This document shows, one piece after another, positions 16,009-26,443 of a stretch of DNA of 64,000 nt. Origin of the DNA: a candidate division FCPU426 bacterium. GTDB lineage: Bacteria > Oederibacteriota > Muellerivitia > Muellerivitales > Muellerivitaceae. The stretch is taken from the NCBI GenBank assembly GCA_963847625.1, contig CAWKAR010000045.1, forward strand, positions 1-64,000, in the 5' to 3' direction. Within the stretch, counting starts at the first letter, position 1, and every line of letters starts with the position of its first letter. Under the pieces are notes generated by a model, which made no database searches, was not told where the DNA came from, and saw nothing but the letters and a program-made list of their open reading frames with translations. The position numbers were made by a program, and so were the translations under genes.

Positions 16009-18024
16009 TTGGAAAATACTTTCGAAAATCTAAAGCCCATCTCACAGGCGAACCGGCGCCTTTTCTGGAGCTTGGGGTTGCTCGCGGTTTTCCTGGCCTT
16101 CCTGGCGTATCTCCCATCTTTAGACAACGGTTTCGTCAACTGGGATGATCCGGACAACATCCAAAACAACCTTCATATCCGTTCACTGGACGCCTCCTCC
16201 TTGGGCTGGATGCTCACCTCCTTTTTCCAGGGTTTTTGGTTTCCGCTATCCCTCTTTTCCCTCGCCCTGGATTACGGCATAGGAGGATTGAACCCCGGGA
16301 TTTACCATCTCCACAGCCTTCTTTTGCATTGCTTGAACACCTTCCTTTTTTTCCTTTTTTGCTCGCGGGTTTTGGAATGGGCTCGAAACGCAACGGGCCT
16401 GAAGGGCGGGGAAGAAGCGACCGCCTGGGTGGTGAAGGCCTCCTTCCTGGCCGCCCTCCTTTTCGGGCTTCATCCGGCGCACGTGGAAACGGTGTGCTGG
16501 GCCGCGGACCGGAAGGATGTCCTCTGCGGCCTTTTCTACCTCGCGGCCCTGGTGGTTTACCTGGGTTACGCTTCCTCCGGCGCAAAGTGGAAACTTTACG
16601 CCTGCCTGTGCCTATTCCTGTTCGCCCTCATGTCCAAGCCCATGGCCGTCACCCTTCCCCTGGTTTTCCTCCTCCTGGACGCCTGGCCCCTCAAGAGAAT
16701 TGGAACCCGGGTGATCCTGGAGAAAATCCCGTTTTTCATCCTGGCGGCGTTAACGGGTTGGATGGCCTTTTTAGCCGAATCCCGGCTGGGCGCGATGCCG
16801 TCCGAACAGGAATTGCCTGTGATCAACCGTGTCCTTAATTCCCTGCATTCCGTTTTTTTCCACCTTTGGAAAATGCTTGCGCCTTTGGATTTATCGGCCC
16901 TTTACCCCTTGACCCTGAAAACCGATGTTGTTTCATGGAAAAACCTGGTCTTGTTTTTACTGTTCCTGGGGGTTTCCTGGGTTTGTTTTTATTACCGGAG
17001 GAAATGGCCTTTCTTGGCGCTAGTTTGGCTTTCTTACCTGACCACCCTGGCGCCGGTCTCGGGCCTGCTTCAAGTCGGGGGCCTGGCCGCCGGGGACCGC
17101 TATACCTATTTATCCTGCCTGGGCCCATTCCTGCTCCTGGCTTCTGGAATGGCGGCTCTCCTTTCAAACCGAAAATTTTTGGCGGCGTTTTTTATCCCGG
17201 CCCTGGCGCTTCTACTGGGCGGGGGAACCATCCGGCAGGCTGGGACTTGGAAGGATTCCATTGCCCTTTGGGAAAATGCGCTGAAAGTGTATTCCGGCAG
17301 TTCCGGCGCGGCCTACTCCAACCTCGCCCTCGCCTATGAAGGGGCCGGCCGGGTGGAGGAGGCCCTCCAGGCAATCGACCACGCCCTCTGGCTCAACCCC
17401 CGGTCCGCCCTTTTCCATGAGCAGAAGGGGGCTTTGTTGTTCCATAAGGGCATGGCCGGCGATGCCATCCGGGAATTCAAGGCTTCCATCGCATTGAACC
17501 CCAACCAGGCCTCGGCCCACCGGAACCTTGGGCATGTGTATATGAAGTTGGGGAAGCCGGAGGACGCGGAAAAAGAGTACGAGGTTGCCATCCGGCTTGA
17601 CCCGGGCCTGGCCGATGTCCAGGACTCACTCGGCGCCATTTACCTGGGCCGGGGACGGGTGGACCTGGCGCTCCCCGCTTTCATCCAAGCGCAGGCCTTG
17701 GAACCGGCGAACATGAAATACCTCCTGGACCTGGCTTACGTCTACCAGCAATTGAAAAAATTCGACGAGGCCATTGAGCTGTTCAAGCGCGGGATCGAGT
17801 TGAACCCCCGGGAAGGGGTTTATTATTTGGACCTGGGAATCGCCTATTACCTGAAGGGGAGCTACCCGGAAGCCGCGGAACATTTGAAAAAAGCCACGGA
17901 ATTACAGCCCCGCAACCCGGACATTCTCAAGAAACTGGCGCTGGCCTATGCCAGGTCGGGACAGAAAGACCTGGCGGAGGAAACCATGAGGAAAGCCGTG
18001 ACGCTGGAAGCCGCAAAGCCGTAA
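16009..18024 (+). CDS. TMTC-like GT-C membrane protein with TPR repeats (putative protein O-mannosyltransferase)
   Basis: NGFVNWDD, HPAHVETVCWAADRKDVL, SKPMAVTLP, DRYTY, WKDSIALW, then multiple TPRs. Confidence 0.88.
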   Translation: MENTFENLKPISQANRRLFWSLGLLAVFLAFLAYLPSLDNGFVNWDDPDNIQNNLHIRSLDASSLGWMLTSFFQGFWFPLSLFSLALDYGIGGLNPGIYHLHSLLLHCLNTFLFFLFCSRVLEWARNATGLKGGEEATAWVVKASFLAALLFGLHPAHVETVCWAADRKDVLCGLFYLAALVVYLGYASSGAKWKLYACLCLFLFALMSKPMAVTLPLVFLLLDAWPLKRIGTRVILEKIPFFILAALTGWMAFLAESRLGAMPSEQELPVINRVLNSLHSVFFHLWKMLAPLDLSALYPLTLKTDVVSWKNLVLFLLFLGVSWVCFYYRRKWPFLALVWLSYLTTLAPVSGLLQVGGLAAGDRYTYLSCLGPFLLLASGMAALLSNRKFLAAFFIPALALLLGGGTIRQAGTWKDSIALWENALKVYSGSSGAAYSNLALAYEGAGRVEEALQAIDHALWLNPRSALFHEQKGALLFHKGMAGDAIREFKASIALNPNQASAHRNLGHVYMKLGKPEDAEKEYEVAIRLDPGLADVQDSLGAIYLGRGRVDLALPAFIQAQALEPANMKYLLDLAYVYQQLKKFDEAIELFKRGIELNPREGVYYLDLGIAYYLKGSYPEAAEHLKKATELQPRNPDILKKLALAYARSGQKDLAEETMRKAVTLEAAKP

Positions 18025-18101
18025 GTATTGACTTGGATGGGAGGCCGGGAGGTTATGGATTTGGGATGGGGTTGGTATTTATATTTTCAAAGGAGACGAA
18101 A

Positions 18102-19160
18102 ATGCTATTCACTCCGTTTACGTTAAGGGATGTCACCTTCCGGAACCGCATCGCGGTTTCGCCCATGTGCCAGTATTCCTACGAGGATGGTTTCTCGAAC
18201 GATTGGCAGGTGGTCCACCTGGGAAGCCGGGCCGCCGGCGGAGCCGCGCTGGTCATCGCCGAAGCCACGGCCGTGGAGGCGAGAGGCCGCATCAGCCCCG
18301 GGGATGCGGGCATCTGGAAGGACGAACACGTCGAACCCCTGGCCCGGGTCACCCGCTTCGTGTCCTCGCAGGGGGCGGTGCCGGGCATCCAACTGGCCCA
18401 CGCGGGCCGGAAAGCGTCCACGGGCGTTCCCTGGATCACGGAAAAGCCTTTGGCCGAAACCGGGGGCGGATGGAAGACCGTGGGCCCCAGCGCCATCCCC
18501 TTTGACGAAGGTTTTCCCGTGCCGGAGGTTTTAACCAAGGAAGGCATCGCCCAAATCGTCCAGGCTTTCGGCAGGGCGGCCCAACGCGCCCTGGCCGCCG
18601 GCTTCCAAGCCGTCGAGATTCACGCGGCCCATGGCTACCTGATCAGCGAATTTCTTTCCCCCTTTTCCAACCATCGGACCGACGAGTACGGCGGATCGTT
18701 TGAAAACCGCACGCGTATTCTTTTTGAAACCGTGAGGAACGTCCGGAAGGTTTGGCCAGAAAAATACCCTCTTATCACCCGAATTTCCGCGACGGAGTGG
18801 AAGGAAGGGGGGTGGACGGTCGAGGATTCGGTGGAACTGGCCAAGCGCCTGAAGCCGGAAGGCGTGGACTTGATCGACTGCTCCAGCGGGGGCAATGTTC
18901 CGGGAGTCAAAATTAATGCCGGCCCGGGCTACCAGACACCCCTGGCTGAGCGAATCCGCCGCGAAGCGCAAATCCCGACCTCGGCCGTGGGGTTCATCAC
19001 CTCGGCCCAACAAGCAGACCACATTTTGAGGACGGGCCAGGCGGACATGGTTCTCCTGGGGCGCCAGATGTTGCGGGACCCCTACTGGCCCCTGCATGCG
19101 GCTGCGGAGATGAAGGCGCAAATCCAATGGCCGAAACAGTACATGAGAGTGAGCGCGTAA
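18102..19160 (+). CDS. namA: NADH:flavin oxidoreductase, Old Yellow Enzyme of YqjM/NamA type
   Basis: NRIAVSPMCQYS, QLAHAGRKAS, EIHAAHGYL; AAGGAG RBS. Confidence 0.92.
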   Translation: MLFTPFTLRDVTFRNRIAVSPMCQYSYEDGFSNDWQVVHLGSRAAGGAALVIAEATAVEARGRISPGDAGIWKDEHVEPLARVTRFVSSQGAVPGIQLAHAGRKASTGVPWITEKPLAETGGGWKTVGPSAIPFDEGFPVPEVLTKEGIAQIVQAFGRAAQRALAAGFQAVEIHAAHGYLISEFLSPFSNHRTDEYGGSFENRTRILFETVRNVRKVWPEKYPLITRISATEWKEGGWTVEDSVELAKRLKPEGVDLIDCSSGGNVPGVKINAGPGYQTPLAERIRREAQIPTSAVGFITSAQQADHILRTGQADMVLLGRQMLRDPYWPLHAAAEMKAQIQWPKQYMRVSA

Positions 19161-19354
19161 GACTGGCTATCCTGGGAAAAAATTATTAATGGGATCTTCT
19201 TCTTCACGACGGGCAGGGCCGGCAAGGGCGTACTCAGGAAATACCGCTGCGCACTGTTTCAATGGCAAGACGCCCGCGGCCATGGATGCCACTTTAAACC
19301 GTTCCCTTAAAACCCTATAATTTTCTCTTTCGCTCAAGGAAAGACAGAAAAACC

Positions 19355-20470
19355 ATGATCAGCCCAGGGAAACCCAAAAAACGAAAATTCTCCAAGTTCG
19401 GCGGCATTAATTTGAGCCGCAGGACCCAGGATACCCACCTGGCCGGGTCCGAGGTCCTGATCACTCCCAAGAAGGTCCGGGCCACTTTGCCCGGCACCCG
19501 CCAGGCCTATGAGACCGTCCTGAGGACCCGCAAGGAAGTAGCGGACATCCTCGACCGCAGGGACCGGCGCCTTTTCGTGATCGTGGGACCCTGCTCCATC
19601 CACGATCTCCGGGCGGCCTACGAATACGCCACGAAATTAAAGCGCCTGGCGAGCCTGGTGCGTTCCACCATGGTGTTGATCATGCGGGTTTATTTCGAAA
19701 AACCCCGCACCACCGTGGGTTGGAAGGGCCTTATCAACGACCCGGACATGGACGATTCCTTCCATATCGAGAAAGGAATCCTCCTGGCCCGGCGTCTCCT
19801 GCTGAAATTCGGGGATATGGGCCTTCCGGTTGCCACCGAGGCCCTGGACCCCATCATCCCCCAGTACCTGGCCGACCTGATCAGCTGGTCCGCCATCGGG
19901 GCGCGCACGACCGAATCCCAGACCCACCGGGAAATGGCCAGCGGCCTTTCCATGGCGGTTGGATTCAAGAACGCCACGGACGGGAGCATCCAGGTCGCCC
20001 TGAACGGGATCAAGGCGGCCCGGACTTCACACCATTTCCTGGGCATCAACACGGACGGCCAGACCGCCGTATTCCGGACCACCGGGAACCCCTACGCGCA
20101 CATCGTCCTTCGGGGCGGGGCCAAGCCCAACTACGGCCCTGCTTCCATCGCCGCCTGCGAAAAGGCCCTCAAACGGGCGGGCCTGCCCCTCAATATCGTG
20201 GTGGATTGCAGCCACGGGAACTCCTGCAAGGACTACAAGCTCCAGCCCATTGCCTTCGACCGGGTCCTCCGGCAGATCGAGAAAGGGAACAACTCGGCCG
20301 TGGGTTTCATGATCGAGAGCAATCTCCACGAGGGAAACCAGTCCCTGAACATGGACAGGGCCAAGCTAAGATACGGGGTTTCGATCACCGACCCCTGCAT
20401 CAACTGGGTCACGACCGAGGAAATGCTATTGTCGGCCCACAAGCGGCTGAGGAAGCTGTGGAACCGCTGA
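19355..20470 (+). CDS. 3-deoxy-7-phosphoheptulonate (DAHP) synthase, class I-alpha (AroF/G/H type)
   Basis: GPCSIHD, RVYFEKPRTTVGWKG, IGARTTESQ, DCSHGNS, SITDPC. Confidence 0.96.
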   Translation: MISPGKPKKRKFSKFGGINLSRRTQDTHLAGSEVLITPKKVRATLPGTRQAYETVLRTRKEVADILDRRDRRLFVIVGPCSIHDLRAAYEYATKLKRLASLVRSTMVLIMRVYFEKPRTTVGWKGLINDPDMDDSFHIEKGILLARRLLLKFGDMGLPVATEALDPIIPQYLADLISWSAIGARTTESQTHREMASGLSMAVGFKNATDGSIQVALNGIKAARTSHHFLGINTDGQTAVFRTTGNPYAHIVLRGGAKPNYGPASIAACEKALKRAGLPLNIVVDCSHGNSCKDYKLQPIAFDRVLRQIEKGNNSAVGFMIESNLHEGNQSLNMDRAKLRYGVSITDPCINWVTTEEMLLSAHKRLRKLWNR

Positions 20471-20582
20471 TTTTAAGGTTGGACTGATTTAAGACGCCGG
20501 TTAAGGCTGTTTTTTAGGCACCGGTTTAGGCCGGGCTTCTCGTAACACATATCAGTCAGTAATTAATTTTCCGGGGGAAAAA

Positions 20583-21203
20583 ATGTTTTCTTTCCCGTTC
20601 GCCAGGATCACAACCTGGTGGTTCATTGACAGTTATTTCCGCCCCGAAACCCCCGGCATCGAGAACATCCCCACGACCGGCCCCTGCATCATCGCCTCCA
20701 ACCACGCCAGCAACCTCGACCCTTACATGCTCGGATACACCATCAAGGAGAGGGAAGTGTATTTCCTGGCCAAGGAGGAACTTTTCCGCAATCCGGTCTT
20801 CGGCTGGATTATCCGCATGAACAACGCCTTCCCCGTGAAGAGGGGCCAGAAGGACCTGGAAGCCATCAAGAAATTCCACGACTTCATCCAGTCCGGGAAA
20901 CCCCTGGTGGTTTTCGTGGAGGGGACCCGCACCCACGACGGCGGCCTCCAGCCGGCCAAGAAGGGCGCGGGACGGCTGATTTACGACGCGAAAGCGCCTG
21001 TCATCCCGACTTATATAGAGGGGACCTACCGGTCCATGCCGCGGGGCAGTTTATTCCCGAAACCGGTAAAAATTTTCGTCCACTTCGGGCCGCCGATCCC
21101 CCTGGAGGATCTCTTGGCCGAACCGCCGGATAAACCGACTTATATCAAGATCGCGGACCGGGTCATGGAGCACATCGCCAAGCTGAAACCAAAAACCGTC
21201 TGA
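20583..21203 (+). CDS. plsC: 1-acyl-sn-glycerol-3-phosphate acyltransferase
   Basis: NHASNLD, FLAKEELF, FVEGTRT. Confidence 0.92.
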   Translation: MFSFPFARITTWWFIDSYFRPETPGIENIPTTGPCIIASNHASNLDPYMLGYTIKEREVYFLAKEELFRNPVFGWIIRMNNAFPVKRGQKDLEAIKKFHDFIQSGKPLVVFVEGTRTHDGGLQPAKKGAGRLIYDAKAPVIPTYIEGTYRSMPRGSLFPKPVKIFVHFGPPIPLEDLLAEPPDKPTYIKIADRVMEHIAKLKPKTV

Positions 21204-21477
21204 TCCGCGCCGGCAATTTAAAATCGTTTTGAAGATTTTAATTCATGAAACCCTTTTCTTGAGCAACGCATCGCCATTCCCACGGGGAAACAAATCCATC
21301 CTTAAAATCCCCCGTGAACCAGACCAAACCCCCTCCAAAACGCCTTTTACCCTGAAAACCGAAAAAGCGTTTTAAAGCTCTTTTGATGCCTGAAAAGGTT
21401 CCACCTAACTTTCCCCCTGGTGTAGAATATTCGCTAAATTTCATCCCCAACGCGGGGCCAAGAACGTGAGGAAAACC

Positions 21478-23196
21478 ATGACTGAATCACCCATCCAAGA
21501 AATGACAATGGAAGAACTTTTAAGCTCGGAACACCGGGTCGCCCGGGGCCAGGTCGTCACGGGCCAAATCGTGAAGATCGGGGACGAGGACATCGTCGTG
21601 GACATCGGCTATAAGACGGAGGGGGTCATCCCCCGCGACGAGTTCCTGGACGTGGCCGGCGAGCTCACCGTCAAGCAGGGCGACAAGGTCGAGGTTTCCG
21701 TGGAGCGCATGTCCGATTCCAACGGCCGCATGCGCCTTTCCAAGCGCAACGTGGACCGCAGCCGGATTTGGCAGAACCTGGAGGAAATCAGCCACTCCGG
21801 GGGAGTCATCAAGGGCCGGGTGGTCAAGAAGGTGAACGGCGGCTGGCGCGTGGATATCGGCACCGTGGAGGCTTTCCTCCCGGCAAGCCAGGTCACCCTT
21901 CAAAAGGGGCCCGAGGATGAGGACCATCTGGAAAAGATCTATGAGTTCAAGATCATCAAGCTGGACCGGGCCCGCACCAATGTGGTGCTTTCCCGCCGGC
22001 CGGTTCTGGAAATGGCCCGGGATGAGAACCGCCTTAAGCGTATTTCCGAGATCAACCCCGGGGACATCCTGGAAGGCAATGTGAAAAACCTGGTCAGCTA
22101 CGGCGCTTTCGTGGATTTGAACGGCGTGGACGGCCTCCTGCACATCGGGGACATGGATTGGGGCCGGGTCAACAAGGCCGAGGACTTCGTGAAGCCCAAC
22201 ACCACGGTCAAGGTCATGGTCCTGCAGGTGGATAAGGAAAAAGGCAAAATTTCCCTGGGTTTAAAACAGATGACCCCGGACCCCTGGACCGACGCCGAGA
22301 AGAAATACCGGGTGGATCAGATCGTGGAAGTGGAAGTGACTCATATAGTGGATTACGGCGTCTTCCTGAAGACGCCGGACAACCTGGAGGGTTTCTGCCA
22401 CATGACCGAACTCATCTGGTCGAAAAAGCCCAAGAAACCCTCGGAGCTTATCAAACTGGGGGAAAAGCGGCAGGCGCAGATCATCGAAATCGATTTCGAA
22501 AAGCGAAAGATCAACTTCAGCTTCAAACGCCTGGAAAAGAGCCCCTGGGAGAATGTCTCATCCCATTATCCCATCGGGTCCAACGTCCAGGCCACCGTGA
22601 CCAACGTCGCCGAATTCGGGGTGTTCCTTGAAATCGGCGAGGGCCTGGAAGGCCTTCTGCACCAGTCGGACATCACGTGGGACAAGCGGGTCAAGAACCC
22701 CCAGAAGGAATACAAGGCCGGGCAGGTCCTGACGGTCAAGGTGCTGGCCATTGACACCGAGAAAAAGCGCATTTCCCTGGGCTTGAAACAGGTGGAGGGG
22801 GATCCCTGGGACAAAGTGGAGGAAAAATACAAGCCCGGGCAGGTCCTGACCGGTAAAATCGCCCGAGTGGTGGAATTCGGCGCTTTCCTCGAGCTTGAAA
22901 AGAACATCGAGGGCTTGATCCATAAGACCGAGATCTCCAGTCCGCCTCCCAAGAAGACCGAGGACGCCCTGAAACCGGGGGACGAGGTGACCTTTAAGGT
23001 CGTCTCGGTGGACCCGGGCAAGCGCCGCATCGGCTTGAGCATCAAGGCCATGACCAAATCGGCCGGCCAAAAGGAAGGCGAGGGACCGAGCGAGGAGCAC
23101 GTGATTCACCGCAAGACCAGCACGTTCCAGAAGATGTTGAAAAAATTCCTGAAAAAGATTAAGACGGAAGACGATGACGACGGGGACGATTATTAA
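21478..23196 (+). CDS. rpsA: 30S ribosomal protein S1
   Basis: Six S1 repeats: VDIGYKTEG, AFLPASQ, YGAFVDL..VDGLLH, ISLGLKQ. Confidence 0.95.
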   Translation: MTESPIQEMTMEELLSSEHRVARGQVVTGQIVKIGDEDIVVDIGYKTEGVIPRDEFLDVAGELTVKQGDKVEVSVERMSDSNGRMRLSKRNVDRSRIWQNLEEISHSGGVIKGRVVKKVNGGWRVDIGTVEAFLPASQVTLQKGPEDEDHLEKIYEFKIIKLDRARTNVVLSRRPVLEMARDENRLKRISEINPGDILEGNVKNLVSYGAFVDLNGVDGLLHIGDMDWGRVNKAEDFVKPNTTVKVMVLQVDKEKGKISLGLKQMTPDPWTDAEKKYRVDQIVEVEVTHIVDYGVFLKTPDNLEGFCHMTELIWSKKPKKPSELIKLGEKRQAQIIEIDFEKRKINFSFKRLEKSPWENVSSHYPIGSNVQATVTNVAEFGVFLEIGEGLEGLLHQSDITWDKRVKNPQKEYKAGQVLTVKVLAIDTEKKRISLGLKQVEGDPWDKVEEKYKPGQVLTGKIARVVEFGAFLELEKNIEGLIHKTEISSPPPKKTEDALKPGDEVTFKVVSVDPGKRRIGLSIKAMTKSAGQKEGEGPSEEHVIHRKTSTFQKMLKKFLKKIKTEDDDDGDDY

Positions 23197-23401
23197 TCTC
23201 AAGGTTTATTTTGGCTGATTCGGGTAGAACGCGGAGAAAAACAGGCTATTTTGCCGCCGCCCCTTTTTAAGGATCCCTGATGTTGCATAGGGCATTCCTT
23301 AAAAAAATTGCGTTGAAAATTGGAATCTTGGCGGTGAATCATTACACAATTTTTAGTTCCTGGCATTTGCTGGAATTCCCACGAAAAGCACCCACCGTTC
23401 C

Positions 23402-26400
23402 ATGACCATTAAACGAAGTGAAAATTTAAAGAGACTTCTTAATCACCGTATTTTTCCAGGGATTTTCAGCGTTTTTACAGGGAAACTTTCCGGTTTTGCC
23501 GCGGTTTTCAAGATTTTTCTCCCATTTTTGCTTTTAACGGCACCCGGCCTCCTGACTGCCGCCGGCATCGAGCCCCCCTTGCCGGTGGAGGAGGGAAGGG
23601 CCCTCCTGAAGGCCCGGGCTTACCACCTGGCCATGGAGCGCTTCCTGCTGGTGGAGGAAAAGAGCGAGAGTTCCCTGGAAAGGGCCCTGGCCCTGAGGTT
23701 CATCGGGGAGACCGAGTTCCGCGAGAAGGATTACGCCGCCGCTTACCAGGCCTACCAGCAGTCCCTCCGGATGAATCCTCTCTTTACCGGCGCGCTGGCG
23801 CTGGAGTTTAAGTCCGCCGTCGCGCTGGTTTACCTCAAGAACTATCCCACCGCGGTCTCGAAATTCCGGGAATTGGAAAAGAAAGCCTACGAACCCAACT
23901 CCCTCTCGGACCTTTATTTCTGGGAGGCGGAATGCCATTTCCAGATGGAGAAATACGACCAGGCCGGGGAGAAATACGGGAAGATCCTGAAAGACAACCC
24001 CGGTTACCAGTACAGAGACCTCGTGCGCTATCTGCAGTCCTGGTGCTTTTTCCAGCAAAAGGATTACGAGAAGGCCCTGGAGGGTTTCTCCAAGACCCTG
24101 GATTCGACCGGCGACAAGTCTTTGAAAAAACTGGCTTTGTTCCAGGCCGGGGAAACCCAATTCCGGATGGGCCGCTATTCGGACGCGGAGGGGACTTACC
24201 AGGAATTCCTGAAGAAATACCCGAGCGATTTCCTCACCGTGGCCGCCCTTTACGGATTGGGCTGGGTTTTCGGCAAGGAGGAGGATCACGAGCAGGCCGC
24301 CAGGAATTTTGAGAAGATCCTTTCGGACTACCCGGACCACCCCCTGGCACCCTGGGCCGCCGTGAGGGCCGGCACCGAGGAAAAAGCCCTGGATCTCCCT
24401 GATAAAGCCCGAAAGGATTACAACTGGGGTTTGGACGCCTCGCCGGACCAGCCCCCGGCCGACTTGTTGGAATATGGGCTGGGTTGGCTGGATTATACCG
24501 ACCAGAAATTCTCCGACGCCGGGAAGCATTTTTCCGCGGTTTGCCATTTCCTCCAGGAGAGCGCCCTCAAGTGGGACGCGGCTTACCTGGAGGCGGGATG
24601 CCTGTACCAGGACGGCAAGTACGACGAGGCCCGGGCCGATTACGAGAAACTGCGAAACCAGGCCCCCCCGGAGCTGGCCTCGGACGCGGCTTATTGGGCC
24701 GGGTGGTGCGATTACGCCAATGGAAAATTCGACCAGGCTTTCGCGGAGTTCCAGAGGCTTTCCGAAAAGGCCGCAGGGGACCTCAAGGCCAGGACGCTCT
24801 GGGCCGCGGCTGAAACGGCCTACCAACTCCAGAAATACCAGGAAGCCACCAAGCTGTACGAGGAAGCCCTGGAAAGCCATCCCTCGGAGACGGTCGCCCA
24901 GCAGTGCTACTCGGGTGTGGGTTGGAGCTTATTCCAGCAGGAAAGTTTCGAGGACTCCCTGGCGCAATTCAAGAAAGCAGCCCAAAAAAACCCGGATTCT
25001 CCCCTGGCCTTGGAGGCCCAATTGCGGTGCGGGGATTGCTATTACAACCTGCATGATTACGAGAAGGCCCGGGAGTCTTACCAGAAGATACTGGACGGCA
25101 AGGCCGGCCCCCCCTACTCTCTGGATGCGGGGGAGCAACTGGGATGGTGCGATTACCGGCAGGAAAAGTACCCCCAGGCCATCTACGAATGGGCCCTGCT
25201 CATGAAAAAGAACGGCACCGAGGACCGGCAAGCCCGCCTTACCTATTGGACGGCCTGGGCCTACTTCCGGGAAAAAAGGTTCCAGGATGCCCAGGAGGAA
25301 TTCAAGAAAGTCGAAGCGGATTTCCCCAAGGACCCCCTCGCTCCCGAGGCACACCTTCGAAGCGCGGACTGCCTTTTCAACCTCAAGAAGTTCCAAGAGG
25401 CCAAGGCGGCCTACAAGAGTTTCCTCACAGCCTATCCGGACCATTCGCTTCTTCCCGACGCCCTCTATGGCCTGCAGTGGTCCTCGGAGAAGTTGGGGGA
25501 GAAGGAGGAGGTCAACGCCGTGGCGGGCGAATTCCTGGAAAAGTTCCCCGCCAGCCGTTACGCCCCCGATGTCCAGTACCGGCTGGCGGACAGCCTGTTC
25601 CATGACCAGAAATTCCCCCAGGCTGTCGACGCCTTCCGGACCCTGCTGAAAAAATACCCGGACAGTTCGGAGGCGCCACGGGCCCTCTTTTGGCTGGGAG
25701 AGGCCCTGGTCAAGAACGACCAGAGCGCGGAAGCCTTCCCGGTCTTCCAGGAACTCCTAAAGAAGTACCCGGAGGATCCCCTGGCCCTGGAGGCCCAATT
25801 CAGCCTGGGCTCCCTTTACTTCGAGTCCAAGAACTACTCCAAGGCCCTGGAATCCTACACCCGCATTTTCCAGAATTACCCGGACCACCGCCTCGCCCCC
25901 CATTCGCTTTTTAACAGCGCGGTGTGCGAAAACAAGATCGGACATCCGGACAGGGCCCTCCAGGATTTCAAAAAACTCATGACGGATTATCCGCTGGATC
26001 CCCTGGCCCAGGAAGCCGGCTTGAACGGGGGCATCCTGCTGGAAAACCTGGGGAAGAAGGACGAGGCTCTCAAGGCCTACGAGCTTTGCATGAAGTCGCC
26101 CGACGAGAAGCTCGCCGTGGAGGCCACCTACTACCATGCCGGGATTTTAAAGAGCCAGAAAAAATACGCGGACGCGGTCCAGGAGTTCAACAAGATCACC
26201 CTGCAATACCGCAAGGAGAGCCAATGGGTTCTGGTATCCTTCGCGGCCATGGCCGAGTGCTATGAGCAGATGAAGGAGTATGACAAGGCGGCGTCCACCT
26301 ACCGGCGCATCCTGAAATACACCAAGGTCAAGCAGTACACTACCGCGACCCTGAAACGCTTGAAGGCCCTGGAACCCTACCTGAAAAAGAAACCCAAGAA

Positions 26401-26443
26401 GGCGGTGAAACACAGAGCCCCCGTGGCGGAGGAAACCCAATGA
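23402..26443 (+). CDS. Large periplasmic TPR protein (CpoB/BamD-like repeats)
   Basis: About 1000 aa of TPRs with repeated YP.S/D..A..A motifs and an N-terminal hydrophobic segment; exact start uncertain. Confidence 0.88.
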   Translation: MTIKRSENLKRLLNHRIFPGIFSVFTGKLSGFAAVFKIFLPFLLLTAPGLLTAAGIEPPLPVEEGRALLKARAYHLAMERFLLVEEKSESSLERALALRFIGETEFREKDYAAAYQAYQQSLRMNPLFTGALALEFKSAVALVYLKNYPTAVSKFRELEKKAYEPNSLSDLYFWEAECHFQMEKYDQAGEKYGKILKDNPGYQYRDLVRYLQSWCFFQQKDYEKALEGFSKTLDSTGDKSLKKLALFQAGETQFRMGRYSDAEGTYQEFLKKYPSDFLTVAALYGLGWVFGKEEDHEQAARNFEKILSDYPDHPLAPWAAVRAGTEEKALDLPDKARKDYNWGLDASPDQPPADLLEYGLGWLDYTDQKFSDAGKHFSAVCHFLQESALKWDAAYLEAGCLYQDGKYDEARADYEKLRNQAPPELASDAAYWAGWCDYANGKFDQAFAEFQRLSEKAAGDLKARTLWAAAETAYQLQKYQEATKLYEEALESHPSETVAQQCYSGVGWSLFQQESFEDSLAQFKKAAQKNPDSPLALEAQLRCGDCYYNLHDYEKARESYQKILDGKAGPPYSLDAGEQLGWCDYRQEKYPQAIYEWALLMKKNGTEDRQARLTYWTAWAYFREKRFQDAQEEFKKVEADFPKDPLAPEAHLRSADCLFNLKKFQEAKAAYKSFLTAYPDHSLLPDALYGLQWSSEKLGEKEEVNAVAGEFLEKFPASRYAPDVQYRLADSLFHDQKFPQAVDAFRTLLKKYPDSSEAPRALFWLGEALVKNDQSAEAFPVFQELLKKYPEDPLALEAQFSLGSLYFESKNYSKALESYTRIFQNYPDHRLAPHSLFNSAVCENKIGHPDRALQDFKKLMTDYPLDPLAQEAGLNGGILLENLGKKDEALKAYELCMKSPDEKLAVEATYYHAGILKSQKKYADAVQEFNKITLQYRKESQWVLVSFAAMAECYEQMKEYDKAASTYRRILKYTKVKQYTTATLKRLKALEPYLKKKPKKAVKHRAPVAEETQ

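Noticed and set aside
19161..19354. Phe-rich attenuator leader before DAHP synthase (ATC TTC TTC TTC)
   Set aside because: No ATG/GTG/TTG in the Phe frame and no clear terminator/antiterminator pair.
23534..24880. Long antisense ORFs over GC3-rich genes (also 13493-14347, 29889-30974, 58899-59942)
   Set aside because: Shadow frames expected from codon bias in genuine genes on the opposite strand.
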